Below are positions 54,729 through 64,000 of a DNA stretch of 64,000 nucleotides, piece after piece. Both the position numbers and the translations under genes were made by a program. The notes under the pieces are model-generated. The model made no database searches and was not told the DNA's origin. It saw nothing but the letters and a program-made list of their open reading frames with translations. Each line of letters begins with the position of its first letter. The first letter of the stretch is position 1. This stretch comes from Hyphomicrobiales bacterium (GTDB taxonomy: Bacteria; Pseudomonadota; Alphaproteobacteria; Rhodospirillales; JACKKN01), in NCBI GenBank assembly GCA_024236415.1, contig JACKKN010000008.1:1-64000 (forward strand). Reading direction: 5' to 3'.

Positions 54729-56041
54729 CCGCCGCGGCGCCGGCGGCGGTCGACGTCCTCAACCGCCGCTACCTGATCGACTTCCCGCGCGAGGCGGCGC
54801 GTACCATCGAGGGCCTGCCGGTGGACGATTCCGTCGCCCTGCTGGCCGACCAGCCGCCGCGCCTGGTGATTCCCATCTGGGAAGCCCTGGCCCCCGGCGT
54901 TTCCGACGCCCTGATCCAGCACCTGGACGACGCACCGGCGTGCGAGGTGCTGTCGGGGATGGAGGTGGGTCGGGCGGCGGCGATCCTGGGCCGCCTGCCC
55001 GACGAGCGGCAGGACCACCTGCTGGCCCTGCTGGAACCGGGCCGGGCCCGGGACCTGCGCGAGATCATGACCTATCCGCCGGATTCGGCGGGCGCCCTGA
55101 TGGACACCCGGTTCCACGCCTTTCGCGGCGACGTCACCGTCGAGGCGGCGATCCGGCGCATGCGGGCGGCCAGGCAGATGCCGACCCGGCAGCTCAAGCT
55201 GATCGACGCCGACAACCGTTTCAGCGCCATCATACCCATCGAGCGTCTGGTGGTGTCCGACCCGCACGAGACCCTGGCCGCCCTGTCCCAGGCGCCGGTG
55301 GCGGCGGTGACGGCGACGGCGCCGCGCGAGGAGGTGGTCGAGAACCTGGAACGGCTGAAGCTGGAGGAACTGCCGGTGATCGACGCCGACGGCCGGCTGC
55401 TGGGCATCATCCGCTATTCCGGGCTGATCGGCGCCCTGCAGGAGGAAGCCAGCGTCGACATCCAGACCATGGTCGGCGCCAGCAAGGACGAGCGGGCCCT
55501 GTCCAGCAGCTGGTTCGCCGTGCGCAAGCGCCTGCCGTGGCTGCAGATCAACCTGCTGACCGCGTTCCTGGCGGCCTCGGTGGTCGGCGTGTTCGAGGAC
55601 ACCATCGCCCGCTTCACCGCCCTGGCGGTGCTGCTGCCGGTGGTTGCCGGCCAGTCGGGCAACGCCGGCGCCCAGGCCCTGGCCGTGACCATGCGCGGCC
55701 TGGCCCTGCGCGAGATCGGCCTGCGCCACTGGTTCACGGTGATGACCAAGGAAACCGTGGTCGGCGCCCTGAACGGGGTCGGCATCGCCGCGACCACGGC
55801 CATCGGCGTCTATGTCTGGAGCCGCAGCTTCGGGCTGGCCCTGGTGATCGCCATTTCCATGGTGCTGTCCATGGTCGCCGCCGGCATCGCCGGCGCCCTG
55901 GTGCCCATCGGCCTGCAGCGGGTCGGCCAGGACCCGGCCACCTCGTCGTCGATCATCCTGACCACGGTCACCGACATCGCCGGCTTCTTCTCGTTCCTGG
56001 GCATCGCCACCGCGCTGTCGGGGATGCTGGAAGCGGGCTGA
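54725..56041 (+). CDS. mgtE: Magnesium transporter MgtE
   Basis: MgtE_N domain + CBS pair + 5-TM MgtE channel domain (PVVAGQSGNAGAQALAV). Confidence 0.85.
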   Translation: MTAAAPAAVDVLNRRYLIDFPREAARTIEGLPVDDSVALLADQPPRLVIPIWEALAPGVSDALIQHLDDAPACEVLSGMEVGRAAAILGRLPDERQDHLLALLEPGRARDLREIMTYPPDSAGALMDTRFHAFRGDVTVEAAIRRMRAARQMPTRQLKLIDADNRFSAIIPIERLVVSDPHETLAALSQAPVAAVTATAPREEVVENLERLKLEELPVIDADGRLLGIIRYSGLIGALQEEASVDIQTMVGASKDERALSSSWFAVRKRLPWLQINLLTAFLAASVVGVFEDTIARFTALAVLLPVVAGQSGNAGAQALAVTMRGLALREIGLRHWFTVMTKETVVGALNGVGIAATTAIGVYVWSRSFGLALVIAISMVLSMVAAGIAGALVPIGLQRVGQDPATSSSIILTTVTDIAGFFSFLGIATALSGMLEAG

Positions 56042-56057
56042 GCGGCCCGGCCGGGGC

Positions 56058-56573
56058 CTATTCGTCGTACGAGATCAGGGCGTCGAAGGGGACGTCCAGC
56101 TTGCCGCGGCCTTTGAGGAAGGTCAGCTCGATGATGCAGGCGGTGCCCACCACCTGGGCGCCGACCTTGTCGAACAGCGCGCAGGCCGCGGCCATGGTGC
56201 CGCCGGTGGCCAGCAGGTCGTCCAGCACCACCACACGCTGCCCCGGGGCCACGGCGTCGTCCTGGATCTCGATGGTGTCGCTGCCGTATTCCAGGTCGTA
56301 CTCGTAGGGGATGGTGCCGCCCGGCAGCTTGCCCTTCTTGCGCACCATGGTGAACCCCAGCCCCAGCTTCAGGGCCAGCGGCGCCGCCACCAGGAACCCG
56401 CGCGACTCGATGCCGGCCAGGATGTCGGGCTGGTGGCGCGAGATCATCTTGGCCATGCGCCCCATGGCCACGCCCCAGGCGTCGGCGTGGGACAGCAGGG
56501 TGGAGACGTCGTAGAACAGGATCCCCGGCTTGGGGAAATCCGGGATGGCGCGGATGTAGTCCTTGATATCCAT
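56058..56573 (-). CDS. apt: Adenine phosphoribosyltransferase
   Basis: PRPP-binding motif [13 protein letters not shown]. 171 aa from ATG at 56571-56573. Confidence 0.9.
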   Translation of the reverse strand: MDIKDYIRAIPDFPKPGILFYDVSTLLSHADAWGVAMGRMAKMISRHQPDILAGIESRGFLVAAPLALKLGLGFTMVRKKGKLPGGTIPYEYDLEYGSDTIEIQDDAVAPGQRVVVLDDLLATGGTMAAACALFDKVGAQVVGTACIIELTFLKGRGKLDVPFDALISYDE

Positions 56574-56796
56574 GGTCGGGCTCTGGTGCTCCCCTGGTTT
56601 CCGGGCCTGGCGGCGCGGCCGCCGGCCCCCCGGGTGTACCCCCTTTCCCGCCGCCGCGCAACGCGGCCCGGCCCGGGCCCGGGGATGCAACATTTGTCGC
56701 AAAACGATTCATAAATCATTCGAATGTTGCAACAGGCGGGGAAGCTGCTATGATCCCGGCAAAGGGGAAAAACCCCGGTCGGTTTACAGGCGGTCC

Positions 56797-57690
56797 ATGA
56801 ACAGGGAGAGGTGCGCGGTGGAATACGGCGCGCTGAGCATCAAGCTTTCGCAATCCTTCTCGACCCTCAGCCCGCAACTGCGGCAGGCGGCCCGGCACGT
56901 CTCGAGCCGGCCCGACGACGTGGCGCTGATGTCCATGCGCGCCCTGGCCGACGAGGCCGGGGTCCATCCCTCGACCATGGTGCGCCTGGCCCAGGCCCTG
57001 GGCTTCCGCGGCTACCGCGAGTTCCGCCGCCCGTTCCAGGAGCGCCTGCGGGTGCGGCCCCGGGGCTATCTGGCCCGGGCCCGCGACCTGCAGGGGCGCG
57101 AGGACCGCGCCACCGCCAGCCTGCTGGCCGAGGTGGCCGGCGCCGCCGAAACCAACCTGAAGGAGGCCTTCGGCCGCAACAGCCCCGAGCAGTTCGCCCG
57201 CGCCGCCGCGGCCCTGGCCGGGGCGGCGCGCATCTTCGTGGTCGGGCAGCGCGGCTCGTACCCCATCGGGTTCTATTTCCACTACGCCTACAGCATGTTC
57301 CGCGGCAACGCCGTGCTGGTGGACGGCCGCGGCGGCACCTTCGCCGACGAGCTGCGCTCGCTGACCGGGGCCGACGCGGTGCTGGCGCTCAGCTCCACCC
57401 CCTACGGCGCCGAGACCGTGCGCGCCGTGGCCTTCGCCCGCGACCGCGGCGCCACGGTGGTGGCCATCACCGACAACCGGGTGTCGCCCCTGGCCAAGAA
57501 CGCCGACCACACGCTGCTGGCCAGCATCGACAGCCCGTCGTTCTTCCAGTCCGCGGTGGCGGCCATGGCCACGGCCGAGGCCCTGGTGCTGCTGATCCTG
57601 GCCGGAGCCGGCGGCGAGGCCCTGCGCGCCATCGCCGACAGCGAGCGGCAGTTGGACAAGTTCCGCGCCTATTGGCGCGACGGCGAGTGA
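56797..57690 (+). CDS. MurR/RpiR family transcriptional regulator (HTH_6 + SIS)
   Basis: N-terminal HTH (LSPQLRQAARHV...) and SIS domain (ARIFVVGQRGS; AVLALSSTPYGAETV). Confidence 0.8.
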   Translation: MNRERCAVEYGALSIKLSQSFSTLSPQLRQAARHVSSRPDDVALMSMRALADEAGVHPSTMVRLAQALGFRGYREFRRPFQERLRVRPRGYLARARDLQGREDRATASLLAEVAGAAETNLKEAFGRNSPEQFARAAAALAGAARIFVVGQRGSYPIGFYFHYAYSMFRGNAVLVDGRGGTFADELRSLTGADAVLALSSTPYGAETVRAVAFARDRGATVVAITDNRVSPLAKNADHTLLASIDSPSFFQSAVAAMATAEALVLLILAGAGGEALRAIADSERQLDKFRAYWRDGE

Positions 57691-57704
57691 AAGGCTTGCA
57701 CACC

Positions 57705-59054
57705 ATGACGTCCCAGACCCCCACCCACGTGTTCCACCGCGACCTGAAGGGCACCATGCCGGTCGCCTCCCACGGTGACGGCATCCGCATCGTCGACACG
57801 GCCGGCAAGGCCTATATCGACGCCTCGGGCGGCGCCGCCGTCTCGTGCCTGGGCCACAGCCACCCGGTGGTGATCCAGGCCATCAAGGACCAGCTCGACC
57901 GCATCCCCTTCGTGCACTCGGGGTTCTTCACCTCGCCGGTGGCCGAGGAACTGGCCGACCTGATGATCGAGGACGCGCCGGCCGGCATGGCCAAGGTGTA
58001 CTTCACCTCGGGCGGGTCCGAGTCCATGGAGGCGGCGCTGAAGATGGCGCGCCAGTACTGCATCGAGGTCGGCCAGTCGCAGCGCACCCGGTTCATCGCC
58101 CGCCAGCAGAGCTACCACGGCAACACCCTGGGCGCCCTGGCCGTGGGCGGCAACGTGTGGCGGCGCGCGCCGTACCAGCCGATCCTGATCGAGACCACGC
58201 ACGTGCCGCCCTGCTACGCCTACCGCCACCAGCGCGCCGACGAGACGGCCGAGGAATACGGCCGGCGCGTCGCCGACGAGCTGGACCGGACCATCCGCGA
58301 ACTGGGGCCCGAGACCGTCTGCGCCTTCATCGCCGAGACCGTGGTCGGCGCCACCGCCGGGGTGCTGCCGCCGGTGCCGGGGTACTTCCAGCGCATCCGC
58401 GAGATCTGCGACCGCCACGGCGTGCTGCTGATCCTGGACGAGGTCATGTGCGGCATGGGCCGCACCGGCACGCTGTACGCCTGCGAGCAGGAGGGCGTGT
58501 CGCCCGACCTGCTGACCGTGGCCAAGGGATTGGGCGCCGGCTACCAGCCCATCGGCGCGGTGGTGGTGTCGGGCAAGGTGCACGACGCCTTCGCCCGGGG
58601 CTCCGGCGCGTTCCAGCACGGCCACACCTACATGGGTCACGCCACCGCCTGCGCCGGGTCGCTGGCGGTGCAGAAGGCGATCCGCGACGGCGATCTGCTG
58701 GAAAACGTGCGGCGCCAGGGCGCTTACCTGGGCGAGCGCCTGGCGGCGCGCCTGGGACAGCACGCCAACATCGGCGACATCCGCGGCCGCGGCCTGTTCT
58801 GGGGCGTCGAGCTGGTGGCCGACCGCGATTCCAAGGAGCCCTTCGACCCCAAGCTGGGCCTGCACAAGCGCATCAAGGCGGCGGCCATGGACCGCGGCCT
58901 GATCTGCTACCCCGGCGGCGGCACCGCCGACGGGGTGCGCGGCGACCACATCCTGCTGGCGCCGCCGTTCATCGTCGAGGCCGGCGACATCGACGAGATC
59001 GTCGAGCGCCTGGCCGGCGCCATCGGCGACTCCCTGGGGCAGATCGGTGCCTGA
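57705..59054 (+). CDS. Class III (omega) aminotransferase, PLP-dependent
   Basis: Aspartate aminotransferase family fold type I. PLP Lys in LLTVAKGLGAGY. LILDEVMCGMGRTG motif. Confidence 0.85.
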   Translation: MTSQTPTHVFHRDLKGTMPVASHGDGIRIVDTAGKAYIDASGGAAVSCLGHSHPVVIQAIKDQLDRIPFVHSGFFTSPVAEELADLMIEDAPAGMAKVYFTSGGSESMEAALKMARQYCIEVGQSQRTRFIARQQSYHGNTLGALAVGGNVWRRAPYQPILIETTHVPPCYAYRHQRADETAEEYGRRVADELDRTIRELGPETVCAFIAETVVGATAGVLPPVPGYFQRIREICDRHGVLLILDEVMCGMGRTGTLYACEQEGVSPDLLTVAKGLGAGYQPIGAVVVSGKVHDAFARGSGAFQHGHTYMGHATACAGSLAVQKAIRDGDLLENVRRQGAYLGERLAARLGQHANIGDIRGRGLFWGVELVADRDSKEPFDPKLGLHKRIKAAAMDRGLICYPGGGTADGVRGDHILLAPPFIVEAGDIDEIVERLAGAIGDSLGQIGA

Positions 59055-59943
59055 CGTGGCGGCCAGCCCCGTGGCCAGCCCCGTGGCCAACCCGGGGGCC
59101 GGCGCGGCGCCGGCCCCGGCGCCCTGGACCCCGTTCGTGGTGTCCGTGGCGCCCAACGGCGCCAAGCGCGGCAAGGCCGACCACCCGGCCCTGCCCGTCA
59201 CCGCCGACGAGGTGGCCGAGGCGGCGGCGCGCTGCCACGCCGCCGGGGCGGCGCTGCTGCACCTGCACGTGCGCGACCGTGACGGCGGCCACCTGCTGGA
59301 CGCCGACGCCTACCGCGCCGCCACGGCGGCCGTGCGGGCGCGGGTCGGCGACGGCCTGATCGTGCAGGTGACCACCGAGGCCGTGGGCATCTACACCCCG
59401 GACCAGCAGATGGCCGTGGTCCGCGACCTGCGGCCCGAGGCGGCCACCGTGGCGATCCGCGAGCTGGTGCCCGACGCCGCCGCCGAGGCCGCCGCGGGCG
59501 ACTTCTTCGCCTGGATGCACCGCCAGCGGGTGATGGCCCAGTACATCCTCTATTCCGCCGACGACCTGGCCTGGTTCCGCGACCTGCGCCGCCGCGGCGT
59601 GGTGCCGGGCGCGCGGGTGTCGGTGCTGTTCGTGCTGGGGCGCTACACGCGGGGCCAGGTCTCGACTCCGGCCGACCTGGTGCCCTTCCTGGCCGACCCC
59701 GGCGACGGGTCCGAGACCTGGTCCATGTGCGCCTTCGGCCCGCGCGAGGGGGCCTGCGCCCTGGCCGCGGCGGCCCTGGGCGGCCACGCCCGGGTCGGGT
59801 TCGAGAACAACATGGCGCTGAACGACGGCACCCCGGCGCCGGACAACGCCGCCCTGGTGGCCCAGGCCGCCGCCGGCGCCGCCGCCCTGGGCCGGCCCCT
59901 GGCCGACGCTGCCGCGGCCCGCGACCTGTGGGCGGCGGCATGA
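59047..59943 (+). CDS. BKACE family enzyme (3-keto-5-aminohexanoate cleavage enzyme-like, DUF849)
   Basis: Conserved VAPNGA, LHLHVRD and GFENN motifs of the beta-keto acid cleavage enzyme family. Overlaps the aminotransferase by 8 nt. Confidence 0.8.
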   Translation: MPDVAASPVASPVANPGAGAAPAPAPWTPFVVSVAPNGAKRGKADHPALPVTADEVAEAAARCHAAGAALLHLHVRDRDGGHLLDADAYRAATAAVRARVGDGLIVQVTTEAVGIYTPDQQMAVVRDLRPEAATVAIRELVPDAAAEAAAGDFFAWMHRQRVMAQYILYSADDLAWFRDLRRRGVVPGARVSVLFVLGRYTRGQVSTPADLVPFLADPGDGSETWSMCAFGPREGACALAAAALGGHARVGFENNMALNDGTPAPDNAALVAQAAAGAAALGRPLADAAAARDLWAAA

Positions 59944-59958
59944 ACGGGCGCGGCGCGG

Positions 59959-59978
59959 GGGCGGCACGCCCGGGTTTT
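59959..59978 (+). terminator. Weak intrinsic terminator candidate after the BKACE gene
   Basis: gggcg-gca-cgccc stem-loop followed by gggtttt. Confidence 0.3.
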
Positions 59979-60238
59979 GCCGACAAGGGGGTTGTTCGCC
60001 CCCCAGGCGTTTGTAAAATAACGACAAGCGGCCGCGATCCCCATTCGACGGCCCAGGGAGGAGAGAACAGGTGACCGGACCCATGCAACCGGCACGACCG
60101 GAACGGGCGCCGCCGCGGCGGACCCGCACCGCGATCCTACGACCCATGGCCGGCGGCAGCCGGGAGGCCGCGGGGCGATCCGCCCCGGGACCAGGACGTT
60201 TCACTCGAACCCATTGCAAAAAGGGAGGTATTTGACTC

Positions 60239-61216
60239 ATGAAGCGACTTTCCGTTTCCCTTCTCGCCCTGGCCCTGACGGCCGGCGCGGCTTCGATCTC
60301 CGGCGGCACGTCCGCCACGGCGGCCGAATTCATCACCATCGGCACCGGCGGCGTCACCGGCGTGTACTACCCCACCGGCGGCGCCATCTGCCGCCTGGTC
60401 AACAAGGGCCGCAAGGAGCATGGGGTGCGCTGTTCGGTGGAGAGCACGGGCGGTTCCGTCTACAACCTGAACACCATCCGCGCCGGGGAGCTGGACATGG
60501 GCGTGGCCCAGTCCGACTGGCAGTACCATGCCTACCACGGCACCTCCAAGTTCGCCGAAGCCGGCCCCGACAAGGAGCTGCGCGCGGTGTTCTCGGTGCA
60601 CCCCGAGCCGTTCACGGTGGTGGCCCGCGCCGACGCCGGCATCAAGGATTTCATGGACCTGAAGGGCAAGCGGGTCAACGTGGGCAACCCGGGCTCGGGC
60701 CAGCGCGGCACCATGGAGGTGCTGATGCAGGCCCTGGGCTGGACCATGGACGACTTCGCCCTGGCCTCCGAGCTGAAGTCCTCGGAGCAGTCCAAGGCCC
60801 TGTGCGACAACAAGATCGACGCCATGGTGTTCACCGTCGGCCACCCCAGCGGCTCGATCAAGGAGGCCACCACCTCGTGCGACAGCGTGCTGGTCAGCGT
60901 CACCGGCCCGGCCGTCGACAAGCTGGTGGCGGACAACGCCTACTACCGCTATGCCACCATCCCCGGCGGCATGTACCGCGGCACCCCCGACGACGTGAAG
61001 ACCTTCGGCGTCGGCGCCACCTTCGTCAGCTCGACCCGGACCCCGGCCGACGTGGTGTACACGGTGGTCAAGGCCGTGTTCGAGAACTTCGACCAGTTCC
61101 AGAAGCTGCATCCCGCCTTCGCCAACCTGAAGAAGGAGGAGATGATCAAGGACGGCCTGTCGGCGCCCCTGCACGACGGCGCGATCAAGTACTACAAGGA
61201 AGCGGGCCTGATGTAG
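60239..61216 (+). CDS. TAXI-family TRAP transporter solute-binding subunit
   Basis: Signal peptide. TAXI signature N-terminus ([20 protein letters not shown]). Strong RBS GGGAGG upstream. Confidence 0.85.
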   Translation: MKRLSVSLLALALTAGAASISGGTSATAAEFITIGTGGVTGVYYPTGGAICRLVNKGRKEHGVRCSVESTGGSVYNLNTIRAGELDMGVAQSDWQYHAYHGTSKFAEAGPDKELRAVFSVHPEPFTVVARADAGIKDFMDLKGKRVNVGNPGSGQRGTMEVLMQALGWTMDDFALASELKSSEQSKALCDNKIDAMVFTVGHPSGSIKEATTSCDSVLVSVTGPAVDKLVADNAYYRYATIPGGMYRGTPDDVKTFGVGATFVSSTRTPADVVYTVVKAVFENFDQFQKLHPAFANLKKEEMIKDGLSAPLHDGAIKYYKEAGLM

Positions 61217-61232
61217 GCCCGCACGCCTTCGG

Positions 61233-61259
61233 CGGGGGAGCGGCGGCGCCGCTCCCCCG
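61233..61259 (+). promoter_or_regulatory. Very stable GC hairpin between the TAXI SBP and the permease gene (intra-operon attenuator / partial terminator candidate)
   Basis: 12-bp stem cgggggagcggc / gccgctcccccg with 3-nt loop. No clean U-tract follows. Confidence 0.4.
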
Positions 61260-61409
61260 GCCCTTTCATCGACACTTTGGCGGCGGCCCGCACCGGAAAC
61301 GCGACGTGCGAGATCGCGGGGCCGCCCTCGTTCCTTGGGGGAGGGGACAGGGCCCGGCCGCGCGCGGCGCCGGACGGCCCGATCGTGGTGCAGAGAAGGA
61401 ACGGCGGAC

Positions 61410-64000
61410 ATGAGCGACGAAACCAAGGCGGCCGAGGCCATCGACGAGCGGGCCCTGCAGGACATGATCGCCGAGGCCGACACCGGCGCGCGGTCGCCGG
61501 GCGGCCTGCCGGCCAGGATCCTGTGGTGGGTGCCCCTGATCTGGTCCGTCTACCAGCTCTACGTCTCCTCGCCCCTGGTGCTGGAATGGTCGCCGTGGAT
61601 GAACGAGGACGTGGTCAAGCGGTTCCACCTGACCTTCGCCATCTTCCTGGCCTACCTCAGCTATCCGGCGCTCAAGAGCTCGCCGCGCACCTACATCCCG
61701 GTCCAGGACTGGGTGATGGCCGTCGTCGGCGCGCTGAGCTGCGTCTACCTGATCGTGCTGAAGGACGACCTGGCCAACCGCATGGGCGCGCCGACCACCG
61801 GCGACCTGGTGTCGGCGGTGATCGGCGTGGTGCTGCTGCTGGAGGCCACCCGCCGGGCCCTGGGGCCGCCCCTGATGGTGGTCGCCATCGTGTTCCTGGT
61901 CTACACCTTCGCCGGCCCCTACATGCCCGACGTGATCGCCCACAAGGGGCAGTCGCTGAGCAAGGGCGCGTCGCACTACTGGATTACTACCGAGGGCGTT
62001 TTCGGCGTCGCCATCGGCGTGTCGGCGACCATGGTGTTCCTGTTCGTCCTGTTCGGCGCCCTGCTGGAGCGGGCCGGCGCCGGCAACTACTTCATCCGCG
62101 TCGCCTTCGCCCTGATGGGCCACATGCGCGGCGGGCCGGCCAAGGCGGCGGTGGTCAGCTCGGCCATGACCGGCATGATCTCGGGCTCGTCCATCGCCAA
62201 CGTGGTGACCACGGGCACCTTCACCATCCCGCTGATGAAGCGGGTCGGCTTCCCGGCCGAGAAGGCCGGCGCCGTCGAGGTGGCGTCCTCGACCAACGGC
62301 CAGCTGACCCCGCCGATCATGGGCGCCGCCGCCTTCCTGATGGTGGAGTACGTGGGCATCTCGTACGTCGAGGTCATCAAGCACGCCTTCCTGCCGGCGG
62401 TGATCTCGTACATCGCCCTGGTCTACATCGTCCACCTGGAGGCCATGAAGGCCGACATGCAGGGCCTGCCGCGGGTCCACCGCATGGACCTGAAGGCCAA
62501 GCTGATCGGGGTGCTGAGCGTGATCATCCTGCTCGGCTTCCTGGTCTGGGTGCTGCCGCCGGCGGTCGAGCTGCTCAAGCACCTGGCCGGCGACTTCACC
62601 GGCTGGGCCGCCGCCGTGATCCTGGCCTTGGCCTATGTGGCGCTGCTGTTCTACGCCTCGCGCTTCCCCGACCTGGACACCAGCCACGAGATCACCGAGC
62701 TGCCGCCCGTGGGGCCCACGGTCAAGGTCGGCCTGCACTTCCTGCTGCCGGTGGTGGTGCTGGTCTGGCTGCTGACCGTCGAGCGCCTGTCGCCCGGCAC
62801 CTCGGCCTTCTGGGCCACCGTCTTCATGGCCTTCGTGACGGTGACGCAGAAGCCGCTGATCTCGCTGTTCCGCGGCCACACCCGCGAGGAGTCGGCCAAG
62901 ATCCACGAGGGCGTGGTCGACCTGCTGGAAGGCTTCGTCGCCGGCGCCCGCAACATGATCGGCATCGGCGTCGCCACCGCCGCCGCCGGCATCATCGTCG
63001 GCACCGTGACCCTGACCGGCATCGGCCAGGTGATGACCGAGTTCATCGAGTTCGTGTCGGCCGGCAACATCCTGCTGATGCTGCTGTTTACCGCGGCCAT
63101 CAGCCTGATCCTGGGCATGGGCCTGCCGACCACGGCCAACTACATCGTCGTCTCCAGCCTGATGGCGCCGGTGATCGTGACCCTGGGCTCGGACGCCGGG
63201 CTGGTGATCCCGCTGATCGCGGCGCACATGTTCGTGTTCTACTTCGGCATCCTGGCCGACGACACGCCGCCGGTGGGGCTGGCGGCCTTCGCCGCCGCCG
63301 CCATCTCCAAGGGCGACCCCATCAGGACCGGCCTGCAGGGCTTCGCCTACGACATCCGCACGGCGATCCTGCCGTTCCTGTTCGTGTTCAACACCGAGCT
63401 GCTGATGATCGGCATCGGCAGCTGGTTCCACCTGGTGATCGTGGTGGCCGCGGCGGTGGTGGCGATGATGGTGTTCGCCGCCGCCACCCAGCACTTCTTC
63501 CTGGTCAAGAACCGCATCTGGGAGACCGTGGCCCTGCTGCTGGTGGCCTTCACCCTGTTCCGGCCCGGGTTCTGGATGGACATGATCTATCCGCCGCTCG
63601 AGGTGCTGCCGGCGGCCCAGGTCTACGAGGTCGCCCAGCGCCTGCCCGAGAACGCCCGCATCCGGGTCGCCATCAAGGGCATCGATTTCGACGAGCAGAA
63701 GGTGGACAAGGTGGTGCCGCTGCCCCTGGGCGCGCCCGGCGCCGGGGCCGACCGCCTGTCCGAGGCCGGCCTGACCCTGCGCCAGGAGGACGGGCGCATG
63801 GTGATCGACGCCGTCGGCTTCGGCACCCCGGCCGAGAAGCAGGGCCTGGCCGACCTGGACACCGGCGAGGTGTCGGGGGTGTACGTGGACGCCGACGTGC
63901 CGGCCAAGCAGCTCATGTACATCCCGGCCCTGGCCCTGCTGGGGCTGATCATCGTGCTGCAGCGCGGGCGGCGGCGCCAGCCGGCGCCGGCCGTGGCCTA
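61410..64000 (+). CDS. TRAP transporter fused permease (TAXI-type DctQM fusion); 3' end runs off the window
   Basis: Manually translated from ATG 61410 (MSDETKAAEAIDERALQDMIAEAD...LWWVPLIWSVYQLYVS...). Continuous open frame to the window end with many TM helices typical of TAXI-associated fused permeases. Not present in the supplied ORF track because there is no stop inside the window. Confidence 0.8.
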   Translation, partial: MSDETKAAEAIDERALQDMIAEADTGARSPGGLPARILWWVPLIWSVYQLYVSSPLVLEWSPWMNEDVVKRFHLTFAIFLAYLSYPALKSSPRTYIPVQDWVMAVVGALSCVYLIVLKDDLANRMGAPTTGDLVSAVIGVVLLLEATRRALGPPLMVVAIVFLVYTFAGPYMPDVIAHKGQSLSKGASHYWITTEGVFGVAIGVSATMVFLFVLFGALLERAGAGNYFIRVAFALMGHMRGGPAKAAVVSSAMTGMISGSSIANVVTTGTFTIPLMKRVGFPAEKAGAVEVASSTNGQLTPPIMGAAAFLMVEYVGISYVEVIKHAFLPAVISYIALVYIVHLEAMKADMQGLPRVHRMDLKAKLIGVLSVIILLGFLVWVLPPAVELLKHLAGDFTGWAAAVILALAYVALLFYASRFPDLDTSHEITELPPVGPTVKVGLHFLLPVVVLVWLLTVERLSPGTSAFWATVFMAFVTVTQKPLISLFRGHTREESAKIHEGVVDLLEGFVAGARNMIGIGVATAAAGIIVGTVTLTGIGQVMTEFIEFVSAGNILLMLLFTAAISLILGMGLPTTANYIVVSSLMAPVIVTLGSDAGLVIPLIAAHMFVFYFGILADDTPPVGLAAFAAAAISKGDPIRTGLQGFAYDIRTAILPFLFVFNTELLMIGIGSWFHLVIVVAAAVVAMMVFAAATQHFFLVKNRIWETVALLLVAFTLFRPGFWMDMIYPPLEVLPAAQVYEVAQRLPENARIRVAIKGIDFDEQKVDKVVPLPLGAPGAGADRLSEAGLTLRQEDGRMVIDAVGFGTPAEKQGLADLDTGEVSGVYVDADVPAKQLMYIPALALLGLIIVLQRGRRRQPAPAVA

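Noticed and set aside
61266-63494. 742-aa minus-strand ORF
   Set aside because: Antisense to the TRAP fused permease, whose + strand translation gives a clear polytopic permease. The minus ORF is H/R/G/D-rich junk.
1-64000. Mobile elements, prophage or genomic island
   Set aside because: No transposase, integrase, recombinase, tRNA attachment site or direct repeats found. GC content is uniform apart from short intergenic AT-rich promoter and terminator regions.

Overview
High-GC (~69-70%) alphaproteobacterial chromosomal segment, Rhodospirillales-like in gene content and atpI-B-E-F'-F organisation. Coding density is high and there are no transposases, integrases, phage genes, CRISPR arrays or rRNA/tRNA genes. 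Recognisable housekeeping genes: a T1SS HlyD adaptor (5' partial), TsaC/Sua5, CysQ, PepA, HolC (chi), an Ugp-like ABC transporter with a DeoR regulator, the F0 ATP synthase operon, SMC, DsbA, DUF721 (DciA-like), MutY, MgtE and Apt. Accessory content of interest: (1) a divergently arranged AmmeMemoRadiSam system in which the Memo-like (B) and AMMECR1 (A) proteins are fused into one ORF next to its radical-SAM partner; (2) a DctP-type orphan solute-binding protein co-transcribed with a large PAS/HAMP histidine kinase and a response regulator whose output is an adenylate/guanylate cyclase domain; (3) a second, membrane-anchored class III cyclase carrying a plant-type [2Fe-2S] ferredoxin domain; (4) a cluster of signal-peptide-bearing proteases (a bacterial caspase fused to Sel1 repeats, a Sel1-repeat + trypsin-like protease, a second trypsin-like protease) with an orphan TAXI binding protein, an SH3b/glycine-zipper lipoprotein and a Gly-rich secreted protein; (5) an RpiR-regulated class III aminotransferase + BKACE (3-keto-5-aminohexanoate-cleavage-like) + TAXI-TRAP transporter catabolic cluster; (6) an MscS-like / MgtE-N-CBS / MgtE three-gene operon. 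Many long ORFs in the supplied track are antisense or out-of-frame artefacts of the high GC content and were not called.
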